Source: Candidatus Latescibacterota bacterium
Lineage (GTDB): Bacteria; Latescibacterota; UBA2968; UBA8231
Reading direction: 5' to 3'
Assembly: GCA_965223905.1 (NCBI GenBank)
Contig: CBDCXV010000010.1
Location: 362,077 to 426,076, forward strand
DNA: 64,000 nucleotides
Shown: one piece after another, positions 30,187 through 39,921 of the stretch
How positions within the stretch are numbered: the first letter of the stretch is position 1
How the letters are laid out: each line of letters begins with the position of its first letter
The notes under the pieces: model-generated
Databases searched by the model: none
Told to the model about the DNA's origin: nothing
Seen by the model: the letters and a program-made list of their open reading frames with translations, nothing else
Program-made: the position numbers and the translations under genes

Positions 30187-30954
30187 CTAGGCTTCGTAGA
30201 TCACCGGGCTCATCCGAGGATCCTCCAGATGCGCGCTGTAAAAGCTCTGGTCGCCGGCTTTCGGTACGGCCCGTTCGTCGCGCATATGCACCGCCAGGCT
30301 GCAGCGCGGCGCCTCCGAGACGTTGGCGTTGGAGCCGTGGTAGGTCAGGCAGTGGTGGACGCTGAACCCTCCCGAGGGCATCAGGGCCGGGACTTCTTCC
30401 CAGGCCGCGCCCGCCGGCACCGCGATGCCCTCCCGCAGCTTGCCCTGGTCCTTGTCGTAGAAATCCCCCTGATCCAGAAAGCCCCACCGATGCGATCCGC
30501 GCACGAATAGCATCGGCCCCGACTCCTCCTTCACCTCGCTCAGCGCGATCCAGGCCGTAAAAAGCCCCTCGTCATGCTGCCACACGTGCCAGTACTGGCG
30601 GTCTTGATGCCAGCCCACGTGACCCGCGGCCGCCGACCCCGGCGGCTTGATCAACAACTGGCTCGCCCACACCTGCACTCTCCGTGCGCCGGTGATCTCG
30701 GCCACCTTGCGGCCCACCTGCGGGCAAGTTGCCAGTCCACGCAGCCCGGTATCCGACCGATGAGGATTGTCGATCTTGCATAGCACGGCCGAATCATACC
30801 CGGGATGTTTGGTCGGCGGCAGCCCCGTATCGAACACCCCGTCGCGCACCGCCACCATCCTCTGCAAGGCCCTTTCCAGCACCTCGTCGGGGGCTATCCG
30901 TTCGTCCGCGATCCAATACCCGTCGCGCTCGTACTGCTCGATGGCTTGTCCCAT
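30187..30954 (-). CDS. PhyH family Fe(II)/2OG oxygenase
   Basis: QYERDGYWI...VGWHQDRQYW...GPMLFVRGSHRWG...VHHCLTYHGS. Confidence 0.8.
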   Translation of the reverse strand: MGQAIEQYERDGYWIADERIAPDEVLERALQRMVAVRDGVFDTGLPPTKHPGYDSAVLCKIDNPHRSDTGLRGLATCPQVGRKVAEITGARRVQVWASQLLIKPPGSAAAGHVGWHQDRQYWHVWQHDEGLFTAWIALSEVKEESGPMLFVRGSHRWGFLDQGDFYDKDQGKLREGIAVPAGAAWEEVPALMPSGGFSVHHCLTYHGSNANVSEAPRCSLAVHMRDERAVPKAGDQSFYSAHLEDPRMSPVIYEA

Positions 30955-31023
30955 GTGGATTCTCCCGAATTATCGCTGAAGGAACAGCAAGGCATTGACG
31001 CGATCATGCCCGGCGAGATGCCG

Positions 31024-31200
31024 TCAACGCAGCAACACGAGGCGGCGGGTCTGCCTGTCCTGCCCGGTGCTCAGGCGATAGAAGTACACCCCGCTGGACA
31101 GCGGCCGTCCCCGGTCGTCTGCTCCATCCCAGACCGCGTTGCGCGCCGCCGCCTGCCCACTGCGAGGGGTTGCGTGCAGCCCATTACCCTCGCCTGCGGA
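31024..31200 (-). pseudogene. orphan C-terminal fragment of a FlgD-Ig-like / T9SS-type sorting domain protein
   Basis: ...AVWDGADDRGRPLSSGVYFYRLSTGQDRQTRRLVLLR-stop is the characteristic C-terminal tail. No upstream body exists because the next gene ends at 31209. Confidence 0.45.
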
Positions 31201-31208
31201 GGGGCATG

Positions 31209-32087
31209 TCAACCGGCTTCGATGCTCTCCTGAATCGCCGCCATCTCCTCGAGCCTCTTCATGAACGGCAGGGCCTGGCGGACCTGGGTCCGCCAGTCCG
31301 GTAGCGCCGGGACGCAGTCGAGGGAGAGGTACCCCGAAAAGGAGATGTCGTTCAAGGCGCGGATCACCTGCAGGAAGTCGATGTGGCCGGTGCCGGGAAG
31401 CTGCCGGTTGCTGTCGGCGAGGTGGACGTGCATCAGGCGATGGCCGGCGAGCCGCAGGGCGTCGGTCAGGGCTCTGTCCTCGATGTTGACGTGGAAGAAG
31501 TCGGCGAGCACCCCGAGGTTGTCCATCGCCAGCTCGTCGGCGATGCCGACCGCTTCGGCCAGGCTGTTGAGAAAGCCGGCGTACCCCTCGAAGCGGTTGA
31601 TCGGCTCGATGGCGACCGCCACCCCGGCCTGCGCCCCGTGCTCGGCGATAGCGCGCGCCGACTCGACGAAACGGGCCCGCAGCTCGCTGCGCGGGATCTT
31701 CGTCTGCGGGTAGTCGTTCTCCGCGGGACAGGCGACGATCTCGAAGGTCGGCGGCTTCTCGAAGGTAGCGGCGAGGTCGATGCACTTCCTGGCGTAGTCG
31801 ACGCCGTGCTGGCGCACCCTGCCGTCCCCGGAAGCCAGGTCCCGCTCCTCGCCGGCGTGCCACAGGGCCCAGGCCCCTATCAAGGCCGGCACCTCGAGCC
31901 CCAGCGAGCCGGCGATATCCCTGACTTCGTCGAAGCGGGCCGCGGGGATGCGGTCCGGCTCCGCATCGAGGTCGACGCCGTCGAAGCCGGCCCCGGCGAC
32001 CGTTTCGAGCACGCCTCGCGGATCCTCCCAGACGTCGCCGCCGCCTGCCGCCAGGGTGCAGAGGATTACGGAGTATTTGTGCGCCAT
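31209..32087 (-). CDS. sugar phosphate isomerase/epimerase (xylose-isomerase-like TIM barrel)
   Basis: AGFDGVDL...IEPINRFE...FFHVNIED...HVHLADSNR are the family motifs. Confidence 0.85.
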   Translation of the reverse strand: MAHKYSVILCTLAAGGGDVWEDPRGVLETVAGAGFDGVDLDAEPDRIPAARFDEVRDIAGSLGLEVPALIGAWALWHAGEERDLASGDGRVRQHGVDYARKCIDLAATFEKPPTFEIVACPAENDYPQTKIPRSELRARFVESARAIAEHGAQAGVAVAIEPINRFEGYAGFLNSLAEAVGIADELAMDNLGVLADFFHVNIEDRALTDALRLAGHRLMHVHLADSNRQLPGTGHIDFLQVIRALNDISFSGYLSLDCVPALPDWRTQVRQALPFMKRLEEMAAIQESIEAG

Positions 32088-32154
32088 TGGGTTTCCCCTT
32101 TACCTCAGGACGCGAACGATGGAAGAGCTTCCGCTTTCAAGGAGATGATGAGCA

Positions 32155-33065
32155 ATGCCTGAGCTGGTTGGTTACAAGAACGGGGAATGGCCGCCGATGA
32201 ACCAGATACTCCCCGACCCGAACGACCGCGGCACCCTGCTGGGTGACCAGGTGCTCGACGTCGAGCGGACCTTCGGCGGCACAAGGGGTTCCGGCTGGAA
32301 GAGCATGTCGAGCGGCTCTACAAGTCGCTCAAGTACGTGCGCATCGACCTCGAGCTTACCCCCGCGGACATGCTCTCCCTGACCGAGGAGGGGATCCGGC
32401 GCAATCTCGAGCGGGCCCCCGGCGCCGATTTCATCATAACGCAGCTGGTTACGCGGGGATCCGGCGGACAGCGGGCGTGGATGGCGGGGCCGCCGAACCT
32501 CTACATCAAGTACGCCCCGGTCGCCAACGAATGGGTCGCCCGCTACTTCCGGGAAGGCCTGCGCGCGGTGATCACCAAAACGCGCAGCTACGATCCCCTC
32601 GCCCTCGACCCCAAGATCAAGCACCTCAGCCGCATGAACATGGCTCTGGCGGAAATCGAGGCCAACGACCTCGACCCCGGAGCGTGGCCGATCCTGACCG
32701 ATGCCGCGGGCAACCTCACCGAGGGGTCGGGGTACAACGTCTTCATCGTCTCCGGGGGCGTCCTCCGCACCCCGGACGACCGCGCCATCCTCGCCGGGGT
32801 TTCCAGGCAGACGGTGCTCGACCTCGCGGCGCAGACCGGAATCCCCGCGGCGGAGGAAGACCTGCAGCCGTACGACATCCACACCGCGGACGAGGCCTTC
32901 TTCGCCAGCACCCCGTGGTCGATTCTGCCGGTCACCCACGTCGACAGGCAAGCGATCGCCGACGGCAGGCCGGGCAAGGTTACCGGCCGGCTCCTCGACG
33001 CCTGGACCGAATTGGTCGGAGTCGACGTCGCCGCGGAGGCGGAGAAGCTCGCGGCCGGAGGCTGA
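32155..33065 (+). CDS. class IV (branched-chain/D-amino-acid) aminotransferase, apparent frameshift near 32283
   Basis: The N-terminal frame reads YKNGEW...DRGTLLGDQVLDVERTFGG. The next frame continues KGFRLEEHVERLYKSLKYVRIDL...ITQLVTRG...NLTEGSGYNVFIV. Confidence 0.7.
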
Positions 33066-33228
33066 ACCAAGCGGTTTCCCCGACCCCGCCTGGACCCTTC
33101 CCGGGGGCCGGCTACTCGACTTCCCTGCGCGGGTTCGGCTGCAGGAGACGACATTCCAGCCATTATTGCCTGGTGTAGGGGTTCAGCATAAATCGGCGAG
33201 CTTATCCGAGCTTTTTTGTGACTATTGA

Positions 33229-33496
33229 TTGTTTGGGATGACCATGCAACTGGTTTTCAGCGAACATGAAGAGATGATTATGAAACAAAGAAGCATCAAG
33301 TCCGAGTGGTGCCGCAGAGTGGTAGACAACCCGGTTTCCTCCGTTGCCCAGAAAAACCGTTTCCGTCAGTACTGGGGTTACATCCAGGAAGCCAATCAGT
33401 ACATTCGAGTCGTCGTTAAGGGCCGATGGAAAAACCGTCCATACGACCTTCCTCGACCGCAATTTCAAGCGAAGGATGGAGCGCGGTGAGCATTGA
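33229..33496 (+). CDS. DUF4258-family toxin, apparent frameshift near 33422
   Basis: VFSEHEEMIMKQRSI...YIRVVVKG, then in the +1 frame DGKTVHTTFLDRNFKRRMERGEH-stop. Overlaps the DUF2283 start by 11 nt. Confidence 0.6.
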
Positions 33497-33761
33497 CGTA
33501 ACAGTCGACGAAGAAACCGGAGCTGCCTACATCTACCTGCAGGGTCGCGATGCCAAGAGCGCCCGAACGGACGAGATTGAAGAGGGCTTCCTGATCGACT
33601 TCGACGACAACGGCCATATCATTGGATTCGAAATCCTGGAGATCGAGGGGGAGAACCGCCAGAAACAGGCGGTGGCGCGAGTCCTCGCCTATCTCACGGG
33701 ACAACTCCGAACTCACGCTCTTGCCCTCGACGAGTTGCGTGAGTATGCCACGGCCGTTTAG
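33486..33761 (+). CDS. DUF2283-family antitoxin partner
   Basis: GTG start. VTVDEETGAAYIYLQGRD...EGFLIDFDDNGHIIGFEILE is the DUF2283 signature. Confidence 0.7.
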   Translation: MSIDVTVDEETGAAYIYLQGRDAKSARTDEIEEGFLIDFDDNGHIIGFEILEIEGENRQKQAVARVLAYLTGQLRTHALALDELREYATAV

Positions 33762-33953
33762 GCAGAGCTATTCCTGGAACGGCTAGCGCCCGCGAGATAC
33801 CCTACCCATCAATCCTTGGGCCGCCGGTTTCCACCGTGGTGGCCAGGAAACATCCAAATCGCAGTCGCCTTTCCTGGCGATTTCCCTCGGGGTCAACACA
33901 CCCTCCTGTAAGGACGAGCGCTTCTTTCCGCCCGGACTCCGCCTTCCCGCCGG

Positions 33954-34919
33954 TTACCCGGCCTCCCGCCGCGGGTCCGGCTGCAGGGGCGGCTTTTCCC
34001 GCGCCGCCGAGTAGTCCCGCTCGTCGACAGGCGGGTGCCCCATCGGACCGTAGGCGTCGAATTCCTCGCACTGAACCTCCCCGGGCACGAAGGTGACCTC
34101 GATGCCGTCGCCGCCGACGTCGCAGCGGTGGAACCCCTGGCGCACCTCGGCCTCCTCCCAGCGCTCCTCGAGCTGAGGGGTGTTCCCCCCGGCCGAGGTC
34201 CGGTAGAGGCGCATCCCCGCGGCCTCCTGCATCGGCCGCCCGGTGTGGACGTGGCCGCAGAACAGGATCTCGACCCCGGCGGCCTCCAGCAGATCCAATA
34301 GCCGCCGCCGGTGCGGCGGATCGATCGAGAAGTACCAGTTGTCATACTCCTCTTTACAGGTGATGTCCCAGGCGGGCTCGTCCGGCTGTTCCATGAAGGG
34401 CCAGTAGTGCATCACGGCGACGTGGTGCCGTCCCCGCGGCAGCCCCGGGAGCTTCTCCAGCAGGCGCCACATCCGCTCCTCGTGGCTGAACCCGGTCCCG
34501 GCGACCGCGGCGAACAGGCCGGTGAAGCGGACCTCGCGGTGCATGAAGCTCCAGCTCACGGGACCGAAGTAGCGTGAGAACAGGTCGACCCGGGCAGAGG
34601 TCATGTTGAGCTCGCGGTCGTCCCGGTAGCGCGGGCCGCTGCGCTCGGTGTGCTTGTTGCCGACGTCCATGTTCCCCGGGATGATCCAGGTCGGAAAGGG
34701 CAGGCGGTCGAGGTCGTCGCGTGCCTGGACGTACTCGAACTCGTGGGTCTCGCCGTCCCTCGTCAGGTCGCCGCCGTGCAGGAGGAAGTCGGCGTCGATC
34801 GCCGACATCTGGCGGGTGATCGCCTCCCATCGGCGGTTGATCGCCGGCCGGAAGCGGTACGACCGCGGCGTGCCGAGGTGGCTGTCGTTGGCGTGCAGGA
34901 AGGTCCAGGTGTCCGTCAT
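33954..34919 (-). CDS. metallophosphoesterase
   Basis: FLHANDSHLG, GGDLTRDGE, IPGNMDVG and CGHVHTG motifs. Confidence 0.85.
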   Translation of the reverse strand: MTDTWTFLHANDSHLGTPRSYRFRPAINRRWEAITRQMSAIDADFLLHGGDLTRDGETHEFEYVQARDDLDRLPFPTWIIPGNMDVGNKHTERSGPRYRDDRELNMTSARVDLFSRYFGPVSWSFMHREVRFTGLFAAVAGTGFSHEERMWRLLEKLPGLPRGRHHVAVMHYWPFMEQPDEPAWDITCKEEYDNWYFSIDPPHRRRLLDLLEAAGVEILFCGHVHTGRPMQEAAGMRLYRTSAGGNTPQLEERWEEAEVRQGFHRCDVGGDGIEVTFVPGEVQCEEFDAYGPMGHPPVDERDYSAAREKPPLQPDPRREAG

Positions 34920-35088
34920 CGGCTGTTCCTTTCCATCACTTTCCCATCAATCTTCTTGCTCTTGCAATCCCGCCGCACCCCGGCTCGCGGTCCAGTTCTG
35001 ACAATCTCCCGTGTCATGGCCCGGGTCATTGGCCTTGCAGGCGAGTCCGGGAATTGCCGAAGCCTGCCCTGGCTGTTGCCGGACAGGC

Positions 35089-35913
35089 TCAGGACCAGAC
35101 GTAGATCTCGTCGTCCTCCGGGGACATCGCGAAGAAGCTGGCCAGGACGATGCGGGGCCGGTCCCCTTTCGGCGGCGGCACCTCGTGGATGGTTTCCGAG
35201 CAGAAGACGTAAAAGTCCCCCGGCTGCAGATCGATCCGAACCCGCTCGATCCCCTTCCCGGCGGCGTACTCCCGGAACCGGGGCAGCTCTTCGGTCAACT
35301 CCTCCGACCACTGGCGCCGGTAGAGGAAGGCGTGGCCGCCCTCCTCGTCCTCGAGGGCGTTCTGGAAGCACAGCACCGCGGCGAACTGCTTCTCGAACCG
35401 CGACACCTGCAGGTCGAACAGCTTCGACCTTTTGCGGGCCGAGTCGAAGTGCGGGGTGTGCCCCACCCCCTCGTAGTAGGTGCGGAAGATCGCCGGGCCG
35501 TACTGGCGGCCGTCCGGCTCGCGGGCGACCATGGCCCGCTTACCGGGAGCGAGCGCCGACAGGGTGTCGTAGATGAGGGCGACCGGGTCGCCGTACCCCT
35601 CGAACAGGGTCTCGAACAGGTCGCGGGTCTGCCGCGCGTGCGCGAAGAACCCCTCGGGGTCGCCGCGGTGGCGCCCGAGGCTGGTGCCGATGTCGACGCG
35701 GGAGGCCGGCTCCCCGGCGACCCGAGGGTCGTAGAGAAGGCCGCGCTCGTAGAAGCGCTCGACGAGGGCGGCGCAGTGGGCCGGATCGTAGGCCCGGCGC
35801 ATCACCAGGGCCGGGACCTCCCCGCGCCCCAGCAGCTCCAGCGGGCGTTCATGAGCTTGGAGAATCTCTCCGGGGCCGGCTTCCACCGGCGCCCAATGTG
35901 AGGTATCCGGCAT
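35089..35913 (-). CDS. putative Fe(II)/2-oxoglutarate-dependent oxygenase
   Basis: Candidate HxD...H facial triad (GHTPHFD ... ETIHEV) in a cupin-like context. The family was not identified precisely. Confidence 0.5.
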   Translation of the reverse strand: MPDTSHWAPVEAGPGEILQAHERPLELLGRGEVPALVMRRAYDPAHCAALVERFYERGLLYDPRVAGEPASRVDIGTSLGRHRGDPEGFFAHARQTRDLFETLFEGYGDPVALIYDTLSALAPGKRAMVAREPDGRQYGPAIFRTYYEGVGHTPHFDSARKRSKLFDLQVSRFEKQFAAVLCFQNALEDEEGGHAFLYRRQWSEELTEELPRFREYAAGKGIERVRIDLQPGDFYVFCSETIHEVPPPKGDRPRIVLASFFAMSPEDDEIYVWS

Positions 35914-35918
35914 CTGTC

Positions 35919-36731
35919 TCAGTGGTGGTCGACGCGGTCGGCGATCGGGAGGCGGCGGAACTCCCGGATGATTTCCGACAGCTGCGCCGCGGCCTCCTCA
36001 AACACGCGCTCCCCCTTTTCCCTCGTTGCCAGAGTCGCGTCTCCGATCACCCCGGTATCCGAGACCCGCGACCAGTGGTCCATCATCTTGAGCGGCGAGG
36101 CCCCCTTCCCCTTCAGCGACCCGCGCCAGTAGTAGCGCCCTACCGGCATCTTCTCGTCGCGGGCGGCCTTGTCCATCTGCACCGCCTCTTCGTTGAGATG
36201 CAGGTACACCGAGGTTTCGATCTCGTCGGCGTGCGACAGCACCTCGGACTCCTGCACCTTCTCGACTTCGGCCGAGCCCCCCATCAGCAGCCCGCAGTGC
36301 GCTTCGGTCTCGATCACGGTGCGCCGCGCCGCCAGCTCGAGGATCGGGCTGTTGGAGCCGTGGCCGTTGACGATCAGGATCTTGCGGAAGCCGTGGTGGG
36401 CGACGCTGCGGGTGATGTCGAGGACGAAATGCAGCAGGTGCTCGTCCTTGACGGTGATGGTGCCGGGGAAATCCATGTGGTGGTCCTCGAAGCCGTAGGG
36501 CAGGGCCGGCAGCAGCAGCACTTCGTCGGGGATGCGTTTGGCCGCGGCCTCGCAGACCTCGCTGACGACGAAGGTGTCGACGTCGAGCGGCAGGTGATGC
36601 CCGTGGTCCTCGGTCGAGCCGACCGGCAGCAGCACCGCCGGCTGCCGCGGCACGAGGTCGCGCAGCTCCGGCCAGGTGTAGTGGTCGTACCGGTACGGGA
36701 TGTGGCCGGTGTTGTATTCTTTCAGCTGCAA
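35919..36731 (-). CDS. creatininase-family amidohydrolase
   Basis: LLPVGSTEDHGHHLPLDVD...ILIVNGHGSN...HADEIETS. The start is a TTG only 26 nt downstream of the preceding stop. Confidence 0.85.
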   Translation of the reverse strand: MQLKEYNTGHIPYRYDHYTWPELRDLVPRQPAVLLPVGSTEDHGHHLPLDVDTFVVSEVCEAAAKRIPDEVLLLPALPYGFEDHHMDFPGTITVKDEHLLHFVLDITRSVAHHGFRKILIVNGHGSNSPILELAARRTVIETEAHCGLLMGGSAEVEKVQESEVLSHADEIETSVYLHLNEEAVQMDKAARDEKMPVGRYYWRGSLKGKGASPLKMMDHWSRVSDTGVIGDATLATREKGERVFEEAAAQLSEIIREFRRLPIADRVDHH

Positions 36732-36757
36732 CGGAGCGTTTCAAAATTTCTCACTGA

Positions 36758-37208
36758 CTATACCCAGCGGGCGGATGGATCAGGAGGGCGAATCGGCAAA
36801 GGAGGGGGTGTCTGATCCGGACAGTCGGCTGGAAGGGTGTAGTCTCCCAGTTCGGGTTCGAGGTAGGTAAGGCCATATGCAACAGCCATTCGGGAGAATG
36901 GCCCTCTACCATCGAGGGAGTCGTAGTCATCGGGTTCCGGTAATGCTGCCACCGGGTAGCGTACGTACTGCTGAGTAAGCTGTCTCCACCAAGGTCTCGC
37001 GAAGGCCTCCTGTGCCCCAACAACCTCGGCTCCACCACCAGTGAGAAATACCTCCACTCGATGCCAAGGACCTTCCTTATGCAGATGTTTGTATGCCTCC
37101 GTCCAGACGGGTCGAGCTTCCTTGTGAATCATTGACAGAATCTTCTTTACACCATCTACCAAGTCCAGCTGCGTCCCCCGCCGCAGCCCGTTGATCTTCT
37201 CACTGATC
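36758..37208 (-). pseudogene. Hsp70/actin-fold ATPase, C-terminal part (gene split by IS insertion)
   Basis: Contains the adenosine-motif-like VFLTGGGAEV. The upstream reading frame continues to the IS boundary as ISEKINGLRRGTQLDLVDGVKK. Confidence 0.75.
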
Positions 37209-38783
37209 GGGTGTCTTAGCTGATTGTTACGGTTTCGGTGGTTGTTTTTAGGTTTTCTCGGTACTGCTGAAAGACCCGGTCAAGCGTTCCATTGTACAAG
37301 GCGCAGCGCAGGGCCAGAATGGCGTTGCTGTTTTCCTTATACCACCAAGCGCCCGACCGTTTCAGACGAACGTGGCCGATGAAGCGATGCGCCGATTCGA
37401 TCGCCCCCGACCCGATCGGGTATCCGCCCTTGCGATGGCTGCCGAAATCGACCTGGTGCAGTCGCTTTTGCAGGTAGGTCAAGGCCGTGCCGATGGCCTC
37501 TCCGGCCTCTTCCGAGAGCGGCTGCATGCGCTGCAGACCCCAGACCACGCCGCTGCCCTCGCCGCAGAACAGGCGCGCCAGGGTCGCTTCCAGCCAATGG
37601 GCAGCACGCGCCGCATCGGCGCCGTATTGGGCCTCGGCCACCGCGTGCAGGTAGCTGCTGCAATGGTAGTAGTCGAGGATCTGACGGGCGCTCGGGAACA
37701 GCTCTTCCACCCACTTCCAGATCCACGGAGCGCCATCTCCGATGGCACACAAGCGCACCTGATCCTCCGGGATCAGCCCCGCCTCCTTGACCTGGCGCAA
37801 GGCCGCGCCGAAGGCCTGTTCGTTGCCCATCTGGTGCCAGGAGATCAGCTGCTCGATGCGCTCATCGTCTATCAGGTAGAAGCGAAAGCCCTTGGCTTCG
37901 TGGTATTCCCCCTGCCAACGCCTTCGCCGAGCCCGGCTCTTCTTGCGTCCGGGACGGGTGCCTTTGGCGGTCTGGGGACGACTGGGCACGTCGGCCGCGT
38001 CGATGGCCAACACCACGATCGGCCGCCACTTGCGACCGGCGGCGGCTTGCGCAATGCGATCCTGGATATCGGCCGCGTCCGGACACACCTGCAGCACGTC
38101 CAACGACCCGGTCTGTTGCAGCACCTCGTGAATCACACAATCGCTCATCGACGCGTCGGTGAGCTCGTCCAACAGTTCGGCGGCGCGCCGGTGGGGCATC
38201 TCCAGCCCCAGCTTGACCCCGGCCTGCTGCACGTCCCACTGCTTGCGCTGCGCCGACAGGCCCAGGGCCTCGTCCAGCGGATAGAACCCGTGGTGACAGC
38301 CAACGCAGTAGAAATAGGGACGCTCCAAGGTCACCGGCCCGAGCAGCGTCTCCACCGTGCGCGAGCGAGACGGGCGCGCTCGCAGCAGGCCTTTGCACTT
38401 GGGGCAGGCCGCCTCTTCCTGGGCCAGGAAATGGCCGTGGCGGCGTTCGACGAAGGCTTCCACCAAGGCCGCGGTGAGCCCGGAGCGCTCTTGAGACATC
38501 GCCGCGGTGATCTCCATCAACGTCGGCGCACAAGATCCGCGCTCGCTCATTTGCGTCTCCACCCGATCCAGCCATTGGTCCAAGGCTTCATGCGCCCGGC
38601 TTCGAAAGCGGTCCTGACTCTGCCGCTCCTGAAAAACTTCCAGAGAGAGAATCGCACTCATCGCTCCCCTTCTTTCTGAAATCAGGGGAGCGCGCCGCAG
38701 GGGATGCGGAAAAAGAAAGCAACTTACTGTAAAATATACACATACGCACCTGAATTGCGCTATAACAATTACTTAAGACGCCC
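37209..38783 (-). mobile_element. complete 1575-bp DDE insertion sequence (ISKra4-like by recollection) with 8-bp target-site duplication
   Basis: Imperfect terminal inverted repeats GGGTGTCTTAGCTGATTGTTACGG and GGGCGTCTTAAGTAATTGTTATAG. Direct repeats CACTGATC at 37201-37208 and 38784-38791. Confidence 0.85.
37216..38661 (-). CDS. IS transposase (DDE type with N-terminal zinc ribbon; ISKra4-family-like)
   Basis: 481-aa intact ORF filling the IS, with CPKCKG...CVGCHHG. The family name is from memory and was not searched. Confidence 0.8.
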   Translation of the reverse strand: MSAILSLEVFQERQSQDRFRSRAHEALDQWLDRVETQMSERGSCAPTLMEITAAMSQERSGLTAALVEAFVERRHGHFLAQEEAACPKCKGLLRARPSRSRTVETLLGPVTLERPYFYCVGCHHGFYPLDEALGLSAQRKQWDVQQAGVKLGLEMPHRRAAELLDELTDASMSDCVIHEVLQQTGSLDVLQVCPDAADIQDRIAQAAAGRKWRPIVVLAIDAADVPSRPQTAKGTRPGRKKSRARRRRWQGEYHEAKGFRFYLIDDERIEQLISWHQMGNEQAFGAALRQVKEAGLIPEDQVRLCAIGDGAPWIWKWVEELFPSARQILDYYHCSSYLHAVAEAQYGADAARAAHWLEATLARLFCGEGSGVVWGLQRMQPLSEEAGEAIGTALTYLQKRLHQVDFGSHRKGGYPIGSGAIESAHRFIGHVRLKRSGAWWYKENSNAILALRCALYNGTLDRVFQQYRENLKTTTETVTIS

Positions 38784-39921
38784 CACTGATCTGCCCGGCC
38801 GTAAGGCCGCCTGCTCCATTCATTCCAACAAGCCGCTCGATGGCCAGCCCACCGATCGGCAGATTTCCGGACGAATACCAGTAACAGTGCTCTCCGGTTG
38901 GTTCATCAGCAAGATTAAAGAAGGAAACATCGGTCGTGCCCGCACCGATATCGATGAGGGCATGAAGTCCGGGCCTACGTCGAAGCGACGAAACATAGGA
39001 GGCGGCTTCCGCCACGGACTCGGGTATCACAAAGACTCTTTCAGGTTCAGGCTCCAAGGAGGGTGCTTCCTCCAAGGGGGGTGCTTCATAGGAACTGTAA
39101 TTTCCAGCCAACCACTCCGTTCTTGACCCGTATGGCCAGTCCCTTTCTACTGCCTCGGCCTTTGCCAGGATCTGTCTGAAGGCGTTCAGCACAGGATTGG
39201 ATTCTACGTGCTGCATGGGAAGACAGACGTTGTACAGGAACTCCAGCCTGCTGTTCACATATTCTGGCAGCTCGCTGATGCGTCGCCGAGCTTCTCGCAT
39301 CGCATATGCGAGATAAACGAAGGAAACTGTCCCTGGCGTCAGGACTCCCCCATTGATGGGATGCATCCGGGCATAGCGTTCGAATCCATCACTCAATTCC
39401 CCGGTTTCAAGGCCCGAATCACGCGATGCAACAAGCACCTTGAAGGCTCGCAGGGCCTCATCCCATGACCGGTCCCTCATCTGGCTGGCTGCTTCCTCTC
39501 CAACCAGCATTCTGCCATCGCCGTCGACCATCGCCAAGGTTGGCAGACCAAATGCGGGAACCCCTGGAAGACAATGATCGAAGATCAAAGGCTTTACTTC
39601 CCCTCGAGGACTCACTTGCCGGTAGGCGATCTTCGTGGTGCTCGTGCCGAAATCGATCCCGACCTGGATGATCGCGGCTCGTCTGGGCACTTCCTTTCTT
39701 GCCCTCGCTTGCGGAGATTGCGACCTCTTCGCCCCAGGGCTCCCTGCCGATGGGGAGTCCTGGCCGATGCCTGAAGGTGACGTGGAACCCCCTTGGTTCC
39801 GGAGACATGAACGTTCTTCGTTTTCCTGGGCAGGTTCCTTCCGACCCTTGCCTTTCCCTTGTCTCTCGCGCCGGACGTTACCGGCTATGGACTTCCAAAA
39901 TGCCCGCAGCAATTTCATCAT
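38784..39921 (-). pseudogene. Hsp70/actin-fold ATPase, N-terminal part (gene split by IS insertion)
   Basis: Phosphate-1 motif VGIDFGTSTTKIAY and phosphate-2 motif LIDIGAGTTDVSFF. Has an N-terminal basic, disordered stretch of about 90 aa. The start overlaps the SNF2 gene end by 44 nt. Confidence 0.75.
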
